From: Azolla caroliniana
Taxonomy: Eukaryota; Plantae; Polypodiophyta
Direction of reading: 5' to 3'
Assembly: GCA_043228905.1 (NCBI GenBank)
Contig: JBHGNT010000015.1
Coordinates: 15,438,001-15,502,000, forward strand
DNA length: 64,000 nt
Shown: positions 11,015 through 22,341 of the stretch, in pieces
Numbering within the stretch: the first letter of the stretch is position 1
How the letters are laid out: the number at the start of each line of letters is the position of its first letter
Translations under genes and position numbers: made by a program
Notes under the pieces: model-generated
The model's database searches: none
What the model saw: the letters and a program-made list of their open reading frames with translations, nothing else
What the model was told of the DNA's origin: nothing

Positions 11015-12715
11015 ATGGATTCGGATGAAGAAGAATCGGAAGAACCGGTTACCGAAGCTCCGGAACGGAGATATCCTCTAAGAGAGAGAAGGGCCCCCCG
11101 GAGATTTCCGGAACTAGAGCACGTGCTGCTAACCGACGAGGGGGAGCCGGAGAGCTTTGAAGAAGCAAAGCATGACACCCAGAGCCGCAGGTGGTTGAGT
11201 GCCATGCAGGACGAGATGGATTCCCTGCATGAGAACCACACATATGAACTTGTGGAGTTGCCGAAAGGAAAGCAAGCACTTCGAAACAAGTGGGTGTTCA
11301 AGCTGAAACCGGGAGATGCCGGAAACCCCCCGAGATACAAAGCCAGGATCGTGGTGAAGGGGTTTCAGCAGAAGAAGGGCGTCGACTTCGACGAGATATT
11401 TGCTCCGGTAGTGAAGATGACCTCCATCCGAACGGTGCTGAGCATAGCGGCAAGCATGGACCTCGAGGTAGAACAGATGGACGTGAAGACGGCATTCCTT
11501 CACGGTGACCTCGAAGAAGAGATCTACATGCAGCAACCGGAAGGATTCGAGAAGAAAGGGAAGGAGCACCTGGTATGCCGGTTGAAGAAGAGCCTTTACG
11601 GACTGAAGCAGGCTCCCCGGCAATGGTACCGGAAGTTCGACTCCTTCATGACCGACGAAGGGTACCTCAAAACGCAGTCCGACCACTGCGTGTTTGTGAA
11701 GAAGTTCGAAGAAGGAGACTCTCTAATACTCCTCCTGTACGTGGACGACATGTTGATCGTCGGACGGGATCAGGTCAAGATACGGATGCTGAAGAAGGCT
11801 CTTCACCGAACCTTCTCAATGAAGGACCTGGGTCCGGCGAGGCAAATACTAGGGATGCACATCATCCGGGACCGGAAGAAGAAGCAGTTGTGGCTGTCAC
11901 AGGAGAAGTACGTGACGAAGGTGCTTCACCGGTTCAACATGTCGGAAGCAAGACCGGTCGGATCGACCCTCCCGACAAACTGCAAGCTGTCCAGCAAGCA
12001 AAGTCCCAAGACAAAGGCTGAAAAGGAGGATATGATGAAAGTACCGTATGCCTCAGCCGTCGGGAGCTTGATGTACGCCATGGTGTGTACGAGACCGGAC
12101 ATCGGATATGCAGTCGGAGTGGTGAGCCGGTACATGAGCAATCCCGGCAAAGAGCATTGGAACGCGGCCAAGTGGATACTCCGATACCTGAAGGGCACGG
12201 CAAACGTGTGCCTCCGATTCGGCTCCGGAAAGCCCGAACTCGACGGCTTTACCGATTCGGATATGTCGGCTAATGCAGATACCAGCCGGTCCACATCAGG
12301 GTATGTGATGACGTATGCAGGGGGAGCTGTTTCATGGCAGTCGAGGCTGCAGAAGACGGTTGCGTTGTCAACCACGGAGGCGGAGTACATGGCGGCTGTT
12401 GAAGCCGGCAAGGAAATAATATGGATGAAGGACTTCATTAGAGAGCTCGGTATCCGACAGGAGGAGTACCGACTCTACTGCGACAGTCAGAGTGCAATCC
12501 ACCTTGCGAAGAACGCGGCCTATCACTCCCGGACGAAGCACATCCAGCGAAGATATCACTGGATCCGGGAAAGGATAGAAGACAAGGAGTTCGTGCTGAC
12601 AAAGATCCACACGGACGAGAACGGGTCGGATATGCTGACCAAGGTCCTCACACCCGACAAGCTGGAAGCATGCCGGAAGAGGATCGGATTGGAGAGACAT
12701 CCCATGCCGAAGTGA
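11015..12715 (+). CDS. Copia D reverse transcriptase-RNase H (same frame as the upstream ORF)
   Basis: [55 protein letters not shown]. Confidence 0.95.
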   Translation: MDSDEEESEEPVTEAPERRYPLRERRAPRRFPELEHVLLTDEGEPESFEEAKHDTQSRRWLSAMQDEMDSLHENHTYELVELPKGKQALRNKWVFKLKPGDAGNPPRYKARIVVKGFQQKKGVDFDEIFAPVVKMTSIRTVLSIAASMDLEVEQMDVKTAFLHGDLEEEIYMQQPEGFEKKGKEHLVCRLKKSLYGLKQAPRQWYRKFDSFMTDEGYLKTQSDHCVFVKKFEEGDSLILLLYVDDMLIVGRDQVKIRMLKKALHRTFSMKDLGPARQILGMHIIRDRKKKQLWLSQEKYVTKVLHRFNMSEARPVGSTLPTNCKLSSKQSPKTKAEKEDMMKVPYASAVGSLMYAMVCTRPDIGYAVGVVSRYMSNPGKEHWNAAKWILRYLKGTANVCLRFGSGKPELDGFTDSDMSANADTSRSTSGYVMTYAGGAVSWQSRLQKTVALSTTEAEYMAAVEAGKEIIWMKDFIRELGIRQEEYRLYCDSQSAIHLAKNAAYHSRTKHIQRRYHWIRERIEDKEFVLTKIHTDENGSDMLTKVLTPDKLEACRKRIGLERHPMPK

Positions 12716-12725
12716 AGGGGGAGTT

Positions 12726-13327
12726 TGTTGGGATTACGGTCCCTTCGGATGGGATGGTCGGATATCGGAGATGAATGCCGACAAGCCCGGTTTCGGTTTC
12801 GGATCCGGATGACGAAGACCCCGGTTTCGGTACCGGATGACGAATGTACCCGGAGAGCGATCCGGATGCAGGGACATATCCGTGAATATGTTCGCTATGG
12901 GCCCCTGAGGCTACAGTTGTAAATAGCCCAAAGTCATATAAGTATAAATATGACTTAGGGCAAACAGTTTTGTTGTTGCTTCTCATTTTTCTGTTTTTCC
13001 ACTTTAGAGGAGTGAAGAGAGAGCAGCCGTGAGAGAGATAGAGCGCGAGAGAGGAAGAGGTAGACGCCTCTGTGTATTTCCGCCGCCTGTGGCGAGGACA
13101 GCGAGCTCAAGGTCGTCGCCTTGCAGCTCGCCATTGTATACTTCTCTGTATAGTGTTGGTTTGGAGTCTTGTACTCCCGTGGTTTTTCCCGTCTAGGGTT
13201 TTCCACGTTAATCCCTGTGTACTCGCGTTTTGTTTCTCCGTGTGGTTCCTATTTTCTGCTCCATCGATTCGCGCTTACTCGGTTGTGGCCGAGTGAAGAA
13301 GGTGAATAGAAGGGTCTATTCCTTACA
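12726..13327 (+). repeat. 3' LTR of Copia D
   Basis: Repeat of 8010-8611, preceded by the PPT and followed by TSD AATCA. Confidence 0.97.
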
Positions 13328-16300
13328 AATCAAACATCCGAACCAACTTGACTACCTCTGATCGGTTTTCGCTCTCGTCCGAGTTGGCTGTCTCCAACTC
13401 GTCTTCGGTCTTCTCGCCCTTGACGACGTCATCTCCCCCATGCTTGGTTGGCTTCGGCTCTTTCTTTCGGTTGCTCCCCTTATGTCCGCTTTTGGACTCT
13501 TCTGTGGATCCGCCCTCGGCTTCTTTAGCCGATCCAGAGTCGAATTCGTCATCCGACTCGGTGTTGCGGCCTCTTTCGCTCCCTTCCTGCTCCCTTGCTC
13601 GGTCTTTTGAGGTTGTTCTCCCCCTCAAGTTTGGCACGTCGAGGTGACGCAACCCAAGTGCACCCGAGAATTGCCGCAACTTGTCCAGACCAAGGGGTTT
13701 GGTGAAGATGTCGGTAGTTTGCCGATCCGTCGGAACATACTGAAGTTCGACTTCACCAAAAAGGACACGCTCACGAACAAAATGGTAGTGCACCTCAATG
13801 TGCTTGGTTTGTGTGTGGAAAACGGGGTTCTTCGCGAGCTGGATGCTGCTGAGGTTGTCGCAGTAGATCGTCATCGGATCGGACACCTCCTCTTGCAGGT
13901 CCTTACGTAGCCGCTTCAACCATATGGCTTTGCATGTCGCGACAACTGCTCCTCTATACTCAGCTTCGGTGCTCGACAATGCAACTATCGGCTACTTCTT
14001 ACTGCTCCACGCTATCACGGCACTCCCAAGAGAGAACGCGTATCCGGACGTGGATCGGCGATTGGCGGCGTTGCTAGCCCAATCAACATCGGTGTAGCCG
14101 ACCAACTGCGAGGCGATACCGGTCCGATATAGCAGTCCCCGATCCTTAGTGCCACTTACATACCGCAGTACGCGTTGCACACATTGAAGGTGCTCCTCGG
14201 TAGGTCGCGCCATAAACTAACTGATCACCCCGATCGGATAATTGAGATTGGGTCGAGTGATTGTCAAGTAGATAAGGCTTCCGACGATCTGTCGAAACCT
14301 CGTCGGGTCGCATACCTTTCCGGAGTCGGGGCGAAGCTTGACTGTTCTATCCAGAGGAGTTGAGACGGACTTACAGTCTGCCATCCCGAATTTGAAGAGC
14401 ATATTCAGCGCGTAATGACGTTGGCTGATCAGTATGCCTTCGGGGGTGCGGATCACTTCGATCCCGAGGAAGTAATGAAGATCCCCCAGATCCTTTATGT
14501 CGAATGATGCCGCAAGCTGGAGCTTCACACGGTCGATTTCACCTAGGTCGGCGCCGGTGATGACCAAGTCATCAACATATAGTAAAATACTGACCGGACC
14601 GAGTCGACCTTTTCGGATGAACAAGGAAGAGTCTGATTTTGACGTTGCAAAGCCCATCCGACGTAGTTACTGCGTGATCTTCGCGTTCCAGGCACACGGG
14701 GCTTGCTTCAGTCCATAAAGGGACTTCTTCAATTGGCACACTGCCGAGTGTTCGTTTCGGAGTGAAACCCGGGGGGCTGTACCATGTACACCTGTTCCTC
14801 AAGCTCACCTTGCAGGAACACATTCTTTACATCCATCTGATGTAAGTGCCACCCCTTTGCCGCAGCTACCCCGAGCAAAACACGGACAGTCGTCATCTTC
14901 GCGACCGACGCAAACGTCTCATCGTAGTCGATGCCGTGTTTCTGAGCGTAGCCTTTTGCCACTAATCGGGCCTTGTATTGATTGACCGAGCCGTCGGTGT
15001 TGTACTTGACTTTGTACACCCACCTACATCCGATTGGCTTCACACCCTTCGGTGTGTCAACCAGGTCCCAGGTCTCATTTTCCGCCAATGCGTGCATCTC
15101 TTCCTCCATTGGGCGCGCCAAGTCGCGTCCTTAGCCGCTTCTGTGTAGCTCTCTGGCTCACGCACTTCTGCTACACGGGTCATGTACGCATAATGATGCG
15201 CCATGTACTCGTATCCGAACCGCACAACTGGGTTCTATTGGCGGGTAGATCGGCGTAATCGGTCATTAGCTGATGTCGAGGTCTTCTCGGTTGACGCAGA
15301 CTTCGCTCTTGAAGACCCGTCACCGCTTCCCTCAGAGTCGGACTCGTGTCGATCTGACTCGTTCCTATCCGTGCCGGAATCCGACACCTTCTTCTTCCCT
15401 TTCTCTTTGCACGTAAGCCGTCTCCTCGGCTTCCTGCGCGGGGAATGCCCGACCAAGTCTCCACTACTCGTCGGCTCTTCATCGGACTGGTCGAACCGAC
15501 TCAGTCATCCATTCGGTCCACTTAACCGAAACGAAATCGGACTCTCTTCACAGGTCCCGATTTCAGGCTCATCTGGAGGCATCTCGGCCTCGCTGACCTC
15601 ATCATCAGAACTCGGATGTGAGGCGAGGTTCAGAGTCGGAGGCAAGTACCAGGACGCAGATTGATCAAACATAACGTCGCGGCTCACGCACGCTTGTTTG
15701 GTGTGCGGGTTATAACACTTATAACCCTTCTGCTCGTCCGAGTAACCGACCAAGATACATTTCTCAGCCTTTGCGTCTCGCTTCCTCCGTTTCTCCTTCA
15801 GCACATCCACATACGCAATGCTACCGAAAACTTGTAAGTGTCGCAAGTTCAACTTCGTTCCGAAATATAGCTCATGCGCCGACACTTTGTCTCCTCCGAT
15901 CCGGTTCTGGATGTATACCGCGGTCCTTACCGCCTCGGCCCAGTAGAACTTGGGCAAGCTCTTCTCCTCCAGTATTACCCGTGCCGCTTCCACAACCAAC
16001 CGATTTTTCCTCTCAGCCACGCCGTTTTGCTCCGGCGTGTATCTACAACTGAATTTGCGCCGAATTCCCATCTGTTGTAGATAACCGTTGAAGTGACCGG
16101 AAAAGTATTCTTTTCCGCCATCTGACCGCAGGCACTTGATCTTCTTTCCTGTTTCTGTTTCCACGAACCCTTTGAGGTCCTGGAAACAGTCGAAGACTTC
16201 ACTTTTCCTCTCAATGAGGTAGATCCACGTGTGCCGCGTGTAGTCGTCGATGAAGGAGACAAAATATCGGCTCCTGCCAAGACTAACGTTTTGTGCCAGC

Positions 16301-16984
16301 CCCCACACATCAGAGTGTATCAAGTTGAGCTTGTTCTGGCTTCGGTTATGCTCGTTGGGGAAGGGAAGTCGGTGTTGCTTCCCAAGCTAGCCGGCTTCAC
16401 AAATTTTTGCCTTCCGGCCACTAAATTTGGGCAATCCGAACACCACCTGTTTCGATTGCAAGTCTTGAAGTCATTGATAGTTGACGTGGCCTATCCGTGT
16501 GTGCCATAAGTTGATGTCTGACTCAACTTTTTGTCCCTTCAAGAACATTGCGGTGCCACAATCAGTAGAGTCAAGCATGAACATCCTCCCATCTCTGCGC
16601 CCTTGCGCAATAACACGGCCTTCTTCCTCAATGAAGCACCTCAGGTGTGTAAACCGAACATGCATCCCCTGGTCGACGATCTGCCCGACCGACACCAGAT
16701 TCTTCGTGATTGTTGGGACGTGTAACACGTTCATAAGTTTCCCTTTCTACCCGACATGGCTCAAGGGAACTTCACCGACATTCACGATCGGATGCGGAGT
16801 GTCATCTCCTGTTGCGACTACTCCAGGTTGTATCGGTTTTTCAAGGTACGAGAACCACTCCTTATGGCTCGTCATTTGGTTTGACGCGCCGGAGTCTACG
16901 TACCACACCTCGTCCGATCTCGGGGTGCTCTATTTCATTGAGTTTGCTTCGTGTCTCGACACGAAGGCAGACCCTTCTCCGGCT

Positions 16985-19900
16985 TGTTGGAGACAAAGTC
17001 GTCTGTGCGGAAGATCAAGAAGCATTCGATTACTGTTGAGTACCTGCGTATGACAGTTTGTAGGTCGTTGCACAGAGAGAGAGAGAGAGAGAGACAGAGA
17101 GGCACAAAAGACTTTCTTATTCCATAAAGCAATAATACAACACCCAACCTTACAAAAAGGTTACAAGGTCACTATATATAGTGACGGACTTAGGGCAACT
17201 ACCCTTTATGCTAATTACATAAATGGCCAAAACGGGATAGTGTGAATACGTCCATTATACACATGTATTCGACACTCCCCCGTAATGGGCGTATACATGG
17301 GTTATCTAAGATTACAGGTATAGACTTAGGTTCTCGGACATATCAGCTTTGTTCGAGTCGGCAGGGTCCGAAGGCAGAAGACCGAACTGGTCGGGTCGGA
17401 ACAGTTGAAGCCGATCATTAAGGAACTGATGTCGGTTGTCGGGAACCATCCTGCTCTGTGTCCGGCTCTAACCGGACTGGTTTGTCGTTACGCCCATCTG
17501 ATGCCGAAGAGACCGAAAACGATCTGCCGAAAGACACTTGGTCATTCCATCTGCGACATTGTCGGTTGTGGATATTTTCTCTAGACCGATTTTCCCTGAA
17601 ATGACGCAGTCCCGAACGAAGTGATATCGAACGTCGATATGTTTGGAGGCGTTGTGGTGAACCGGATTTTTCGACAAGGCAACAGCACCTTGACTGTCGC
17701 TGTAGACAACTGGAGCCGAGTCATGGTCGACTTGTCGAAACGTGTGCGCCAGCCGACCGAGCCACAAAGCTTCTTTTGCTGCGTCGGACGCAGCTACATA
17801 TTCTGCTTCGGTCGTTGAGGTCGCTGTGCACTCCTGAAGTTTCGACTTCCACGAGATTGCTCCATTGCCGAATTTGAAGCAGTATCCGGTTGTTGATTTC
17901 CGACTGTCTATACAGCCGGCGAAGTCCGAGTCGGTGTAACCGACTACGCCTGAGGTTCGGTTCGGACCGAAAAGAATGTCGTGGTCTTTTGTGCCAGCCA
18001 GATATCTGAACACATGCTTGACTGCGTTCCAATGCGATCGGCCAGGATTGTGCATAAATCTGCTAACGACTCCTACGGCGTGAGAAATATCAGGCCGTGT
18101 CGCGACCATCAGGTACATAAGGGAGCCGACTGCCGGTGCATACGGTACCGACTTCATATCTTCCCCCTCCGAACCGGATGTCGGGCAGTCTCGCTGAGAG
18201 AGCCGAAGATTCATGGGGAGCGGGGTTGAAGCAGATTTGGCTGATTGCATGTTGAAGCGTTCTAAGACACGTCGGGTATAGTCGGTCTGAGACAAAAAAA
18301 GATGTCGTTTATCGCGATGCCGACTAATCTTCATGCCAAGGATGTGTCGTGCCGGACCAAGGTCCTTCATGGCAAACTTCAACCGCAGTTGCCGAATGAG
18401 ATCGGCAAGTTCGCCCGCGTGGCGTCCAGAAATTAGCATGTCGTCCACGTAAATGATGAGGAAGATGGGTGATCCATCTTGAGCTGTGTTGGTAAAGAGA
18501 CAATGGTCCTCATCGCTTTTTGAGAAGCCGATCGATTGGATGAAGTCGTCGAACTTCTTGTACCATTGTCGCGGTGCCTGTTTGAGGCCGTATAGACTCT
18601 TCCTGAGTCGGCAGACTAGATGTGCTTGGCCAGTTGCCACGAAGCCTTTTGGCTGCTCCATATAAATTTCCTCTTCAAGATCACCATGGAGGAATGCTGT
18701 TTTGACATCTAGCTGAATCAGCTCCAAGTTGTCGGCTGCCACTACGCCGAGTAGAAAACGGAGGGTTGTCATTTTCACCACTGGTGAAAAAATCTCGTCG
18801 AAGTCGACGCCATATTCTTGTCGGAAGCCCTTCGCAACTAATCTGGCCTTGTACTTTGGGGTGGTCGAATCAGACGTCTCTTTTAGTCGATAAACCCACT
18901 TGCAAGGAAGAGCACGTCGGTTCCTAGGTAATTCGACCAGATCCCAAGTCTTGTTTGCCCGAATGGAGTGCATTTCCGACTCCATCGCCAGATGCCAGGT
19001 GGCTGAATCGACAGATGTCGATGCTTCTTCGTAAGATGTCGGTTCGCCGGCGTCGGTGAAGAAAATTCCAGGAGAGTACCTCTCCGGAGGTTGCGACAGT
19101 CTCTCGGATCGTCGAGGTATGATTGGACTGGTCGCATCGGGTGTCGAGGTCGGATGGTCCGAAAGCGGATTGTTCTGCTGTGCCGAGTCAGAGTTGTCCG
19201 AGTCGGTAGTGTAAGGTTCAGCTACCCGTGAAGCTGACCGTGTGTTGAGAGCGGGGCCTTCTTGAAGGGTCGGCACATCGGAAAATGTTACCCTTCGGAC
19301 TTCGATCGGTTTTTCGACTGATGGATTCATAGCCGACTCGTTGAACACAACGTCCGAACTTCGAACGATTTGCCTGCGTTCGGGGTCCCAGAGTCGGTAT
19401 CCCATTTCGCCGTCGGATCCATATCCAAGGAAAATGCATTTCCTGGACCGAGGTGCAAGTTTTCGGCGATCATCTTTCGGAATAAGGGCGTACGCCTCGC
19501 ATCCGAAGATCCTCAGCTTGTCGTAATTCGGCTTACTGCCGATCCATAGTTCCTGAGGAATTTGAAGTCCTAGAGGTCTACTTGGCGACATATTGATTAT
19601 GTGTACTGCCGTGAGTAGAGCCTCTGCCCAGAAGCCATCCGACAGTCCGGAGTGTTGGAGCATGGAAACTGTCCGTTCTTGGATTGTCCGATTCATGCGT
19701 TCGGCAATCCCGTTTTGCTCCGGACTGTGTGGTGCCGTAAATTCACGTCGGATGCCGCGTTGTCGGCAGAATTTGATGAATTCTTCGGATTTAAACTCTC
19801 CCCCATTGTCTGTCCGAAAGCATTTCAGCTTTCGGTCGGTTTGATTTTCTACCATAGCGAGCCAATCGGTGAAGATCGAGAAGACCCGATCTTTGGTGCG

Positions 19901-22341
19901 AATTGGATAAGCCCACACCTTTCGAGTCGAATCGTCAATAAAAGTGACGAAGTAAGAGGCACCGCCGAGAGACTGATGCGGCATTGGGCCACAGACGTCC
20001 GAGTGGACCAAATCAAGAGGTCTCGTTTCTCTTGGTGCTGATGTCGGGTGTGATGCGGCTGCTTGTTTGCCATACTGGCAATGCTCGCAGAATTGATGGT
20101 CCGAGAAGGAGAGTTTGGGGATGTATCCGGCTCTAGATAGGTGCGTGATGCCGGCCTTGCTGAGGTGTCCTAATCTTCGGTGCCATAGTGATGACACAGG
20201 AATATCCACCAAAAACAGGTTACCCTCTCTGAGCGTAACATGTAACGGATACAGGGAGTGTATCTTGGGTCCTCTAGCAAGCAGGAGGTTCCCCCTGTGG
20301 AGTGTCCACCCTCCCGAAGAAAAACCGGCACGAATGCCGTCTTCATCTAGTTGTCCGACTGAGATCAATGGCCTTGAGAGCTCGGGTACATGTCGGACAT
20401 TGTGGAGTACAAGTGTAGAGCCACCTGCAAGGTTGAGCTCTACTGTGCCGATTCCGATGATGTCACAGTGTTGTGAGTTGCCGACTCGAACTGAGTCGGA
20501 GTGACGGATCGTATATTGCCGAAATTGGGATCGATGAGGAGTCACGTGAAATGACGCGCCCGAATCTAAGAGCCATGTGCTCGATTCTTCAGTCGTGAGT
20601 AGAACTTCTGATCTGACTGGATTTTCGATTGATAGTATATTCGGGTCGTCCGGTAGTACATCAGCTGAGAAGCTGACGTAATTGATCTCCTCATGCCGGC
20701 CACTCTTCTTGTTGTTCTTGTTCTTGAGTGCGCGGCAGTCGGCTTTGATGTGTCCGGGTTTCTTGCAATAGTTGCAGATTCGGTTATCCCGTGACTGGCT
20801 CCGTCTTCGCTGATTGTTCGGCGGCCGTGAGGAATCTCTTCCTCGTATGTTCGATCGGTCTGTCGAACCTTGTACTACGTAAGCGTCGTCTGTTGAGTCT
20901 TTGGCGAAAGACTTTCTCCGAGCTGCTTCGGTCAGGATTGCGCTCGTGACTTCGGAGTATTTAACAGCCGTGGTTGACGCGTTGCACACGGTTGTGACGA
21001 AAGTTTCCCATGATGAGGGAAGGCTGCTCATGAGTATCATTGCTCTGAGTTCATCCTCGATTGCCGTCCCCTGTGACGAGATTTGGGAGCTTATGCTTTC
21101 GTACTCATTGAGGTGTGCTTGAACCGAATCGGATTCTTTCATCCGCAAGTTGTAGAGGCGCCGTATCAGAAACATCTTCGTTGCGGTGATCTTCTTTTCG
21201 TAAGTGTCTGACAGTGTTTTCCACAGTTCGAATGCTGTCGTACACGATTGCACCGTAAAGTATACCGATTCCGATAGGTGCATCCGAATCGTGGCGCGGA
21301 CAATTCTGTCCAGCTTCTGCCACTCAATTGGTTTGTATCCTTCTGGAGGTTCTTCATTTTCGATGGGATCGATTTGCCCCTTGACTATGAGATAGTCCTG
21401 CATTTGTTCCTTCCAGAAGTTGAAGTTCGATCCATCGAACTTTCGTAGACTCATTTCTAACGAGCCGGATGTTGATGCCATCAAGTTCGGTTTTGGTTGA
21501 CGAAGCTCGGTTCGGAGTTGACTACGAACCTTGTTGGAGTGCAGCTAGTTGGCTCACCCGATATCGTTCTAGTCGGATTTGAACCCGAGTCAGTTCGGCT
21601 TCGGAACTTGCTCAAATTGACTCCGGTAACTTGAGGGACAAAACCGACTGGTCTTCCCGAATGTTGCCGAGTCGGAGTGAGCCCGGTTCGCTTCGGATAT
21701 ATATGCCGAATACCGATTATTGAAACCGATTATCTGGACCGATTCTGCTTCGGGTGGCTGCAGCGACGAGAGAGACAGATCCAACTGATCCTCCCGAATG
21801 TCGATCAGCCGGATGAAGCGCGAATTGGGGTTGTTGTCTTGAGACCGATCTGCACCGAGTGGTTACAACGAGCGGCGAGCAGCGTTTAATGACCTTTTCG
21901 GATGCCGTTTAACCGAGTGGAGCGCGATCGTGTCAATGTTGCACAAGGGGATTTCACCTCGAGCGTTGCGATCACAAGGAACAGAGTACAACCGGCTGGC
22001 TTACTCCAAGCGAAGAGGATCTAACGCGAAGAGATGCAAGCCTCGTTTTTCTTCTTCTCTCTTCTTCGAATGACGCAGGAAACCGAATGCTGTGCAGGCT
22101 GAGACGACGGCCGACAGCGGATTGAAGGACCGAATACTGTGCAGGCTCTGATACCAGATGTTGGAGACAAAGTCGTCTGTGCGGAAGATCAAGAAGCATT
22201 CGATTGCTGTTGAGTACCTGCGTATGACAGTTTGTAGGTCGTTGCACAGAGAGAGAGAGAGACAGAGACAGAGAGGCACAAAAGACTTTCTTATTCCATA
22301 AAGCAATAATACAACACCCAACCTTACAAAAAGGTTACAAG
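16985..22341 (-). mobile_element. Ty1/copia element E, intact ORF, 5' LTR truncated (3' LTR 16985-17274; 5' LTR remnant 22159-22341)
   Basis: LTR repeat at offset 5174 with about 2 mismatches seen in 183 bp. PBS tRNA-iMet at 22145-22156. PPT ~17275-17281. 5' leader about 660 bp. Confidence 0.95.
17468..21481 (-). CDS. Copia E Gag-Pol polyprotein (uninterrupted)
   Basis: CNYCKKPGHIKADC, WLLDSGAS, HSDVCGP...RTDNGGEF...NGIAERMN, IIYVDDML, YTDSDFAG, TTEAEY; Copia domain order; ATG at 21481. Confidence 0.96.
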   Translation of the reverse strand: MASTSGSLEMSLRKFDGSNFNFWKEQMQDYLIVKGQIDPIENEEPPEGYKPIEWQKLDRIVRATIRMHLSESVYFTVQSCTTAFELWKTLSDTYEKKITATKMFLIRRLYNLRMKESDSVQAHLNEYESISSQISSQGTAIEDELRAMILMSSLPSSWETFVTTVCNASTTAVKYSEVTSAILTEAARRKSFAKDSTDDAYVVQGSTDRSNIRGRDSSRPPNNQRRRSQSRDNRICNYCKKPGHIKADCRALKNKNNKKSGRHEEINYVSFSADVLPDDPNILSIENPVRSEVLLTTEESSTWLLDSGASFHVTPHRSQFRQYTIRHSDSVRVGNSQHCDIIGIGTVELNLAGGSTLVLHNVRHVPELSRPLISVGQLDEDGIRAGFSSGGWTLHRGNLLLARGPKIHSLYPLHVTLREGNLFLVDIPVSSLWHRRLGHLSKAGITHLSRAGYIPKLSFSDHQFCEHCQYGKQAAASHPTSAPRETRPLDLVHSDVCGPMPHQSLGGASYFVTFIDDSTRKVWAYPIRTKDRVFSIFTDWLAMVENQTDRKLKCFRTDNGGEFKSEEFIKFCRQRGIRREFTAPHSPEQNGIAERMNRTIQERTVSMLQHSGLSDGFWAEALLTAVHIINMSPSRPLGLQIPQELWIGSKPNYDKLRIFGCEAYALIPKDDRRKLAPRSRKCIFLGYGSDGEMGYRLWDPERRQIVRSSDVVFNESAMNPSVEKPIEVRRVTFSDVPTLQEGPALNTRSASRVAEPYTTDSDNSDSAQQNNPLSDHPTSTPDATSPIIPRRSERLSQPPERYSPGIFFTDAGEPTSYEEASTSVDSATWHLAMESEMHSIRANKTWDLVELPRNRRALPCKWVYRLKETSDSTTPKYKARLVAKGFRQEYGVDFDEIFSPVVKMTTLRFLLGVVAADNLELIQLDVKTAFLHGDLEEEIYMEQPKGFVATGQAHLVCRLRKSLYGLKQAPRQWYKKFDDFIQSIGFSKSDEDHCLFTNTAQDGSPIFLIIYVDDMLISGRHAGELADLIRQLRLKFAMKDLGPARHILGMKISRHRDKRHLFLSQTDYTRRVLERFNMQSAKSASTPLPMNLRLSQRDCPTSGSEGEDMKSVPYAPAVGSLMYLMVATRPDISHAVGVVSRFMHNPGRSHWNAVKHVFRYLAGTKDHDILFGPNRTSGVVGYTDSDFAGCIDSRKSTTGYCFKFGNGAISWKSKLQECTATSTTEAEYVAASDAAKEALWLGRLAHTFRQVDHDSAPVVYSDSQGAVALSKNPVHHNASKHIDVRYHFVRDCVISGKIGLEKISTTDNVADGMTKCLSADRFRSLRHQMGVTTNQSG

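Larger units (their letters stand above)
8010..13327 (+). mobile_element. Full-length young Ty1/copia element D (Tnt1/Tork-like)
   Basis: LTRs 8010-8611 and 12726-13327 (TG...CA, no difference seen). TSD AATCA at 8005-8009 and 13328-13332. PBS TGGTATCAGAGC (tRNA-iMet) at 8615-8626. PPT GAAGGGGGAG at 12714-12723. Confidence 0.97.
7168..16984 (-). mobile_element. Ty1/copia element C, decayed, same family as A/B (3' LTR 7168-7771; interrupted by D; cut by E at 16984)
   Basis: LTR tgtcagg...ctcaaca followed by PPT ctccccctc. ORF pieces at 13323-16734 carry INT (IHSDVWG...NGVAERKN), RT (LLYVDDLVITG) and RH (SSTEAEYRG...HIEVHYHFVRE), closely similar to B. Confidence 0.9.
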
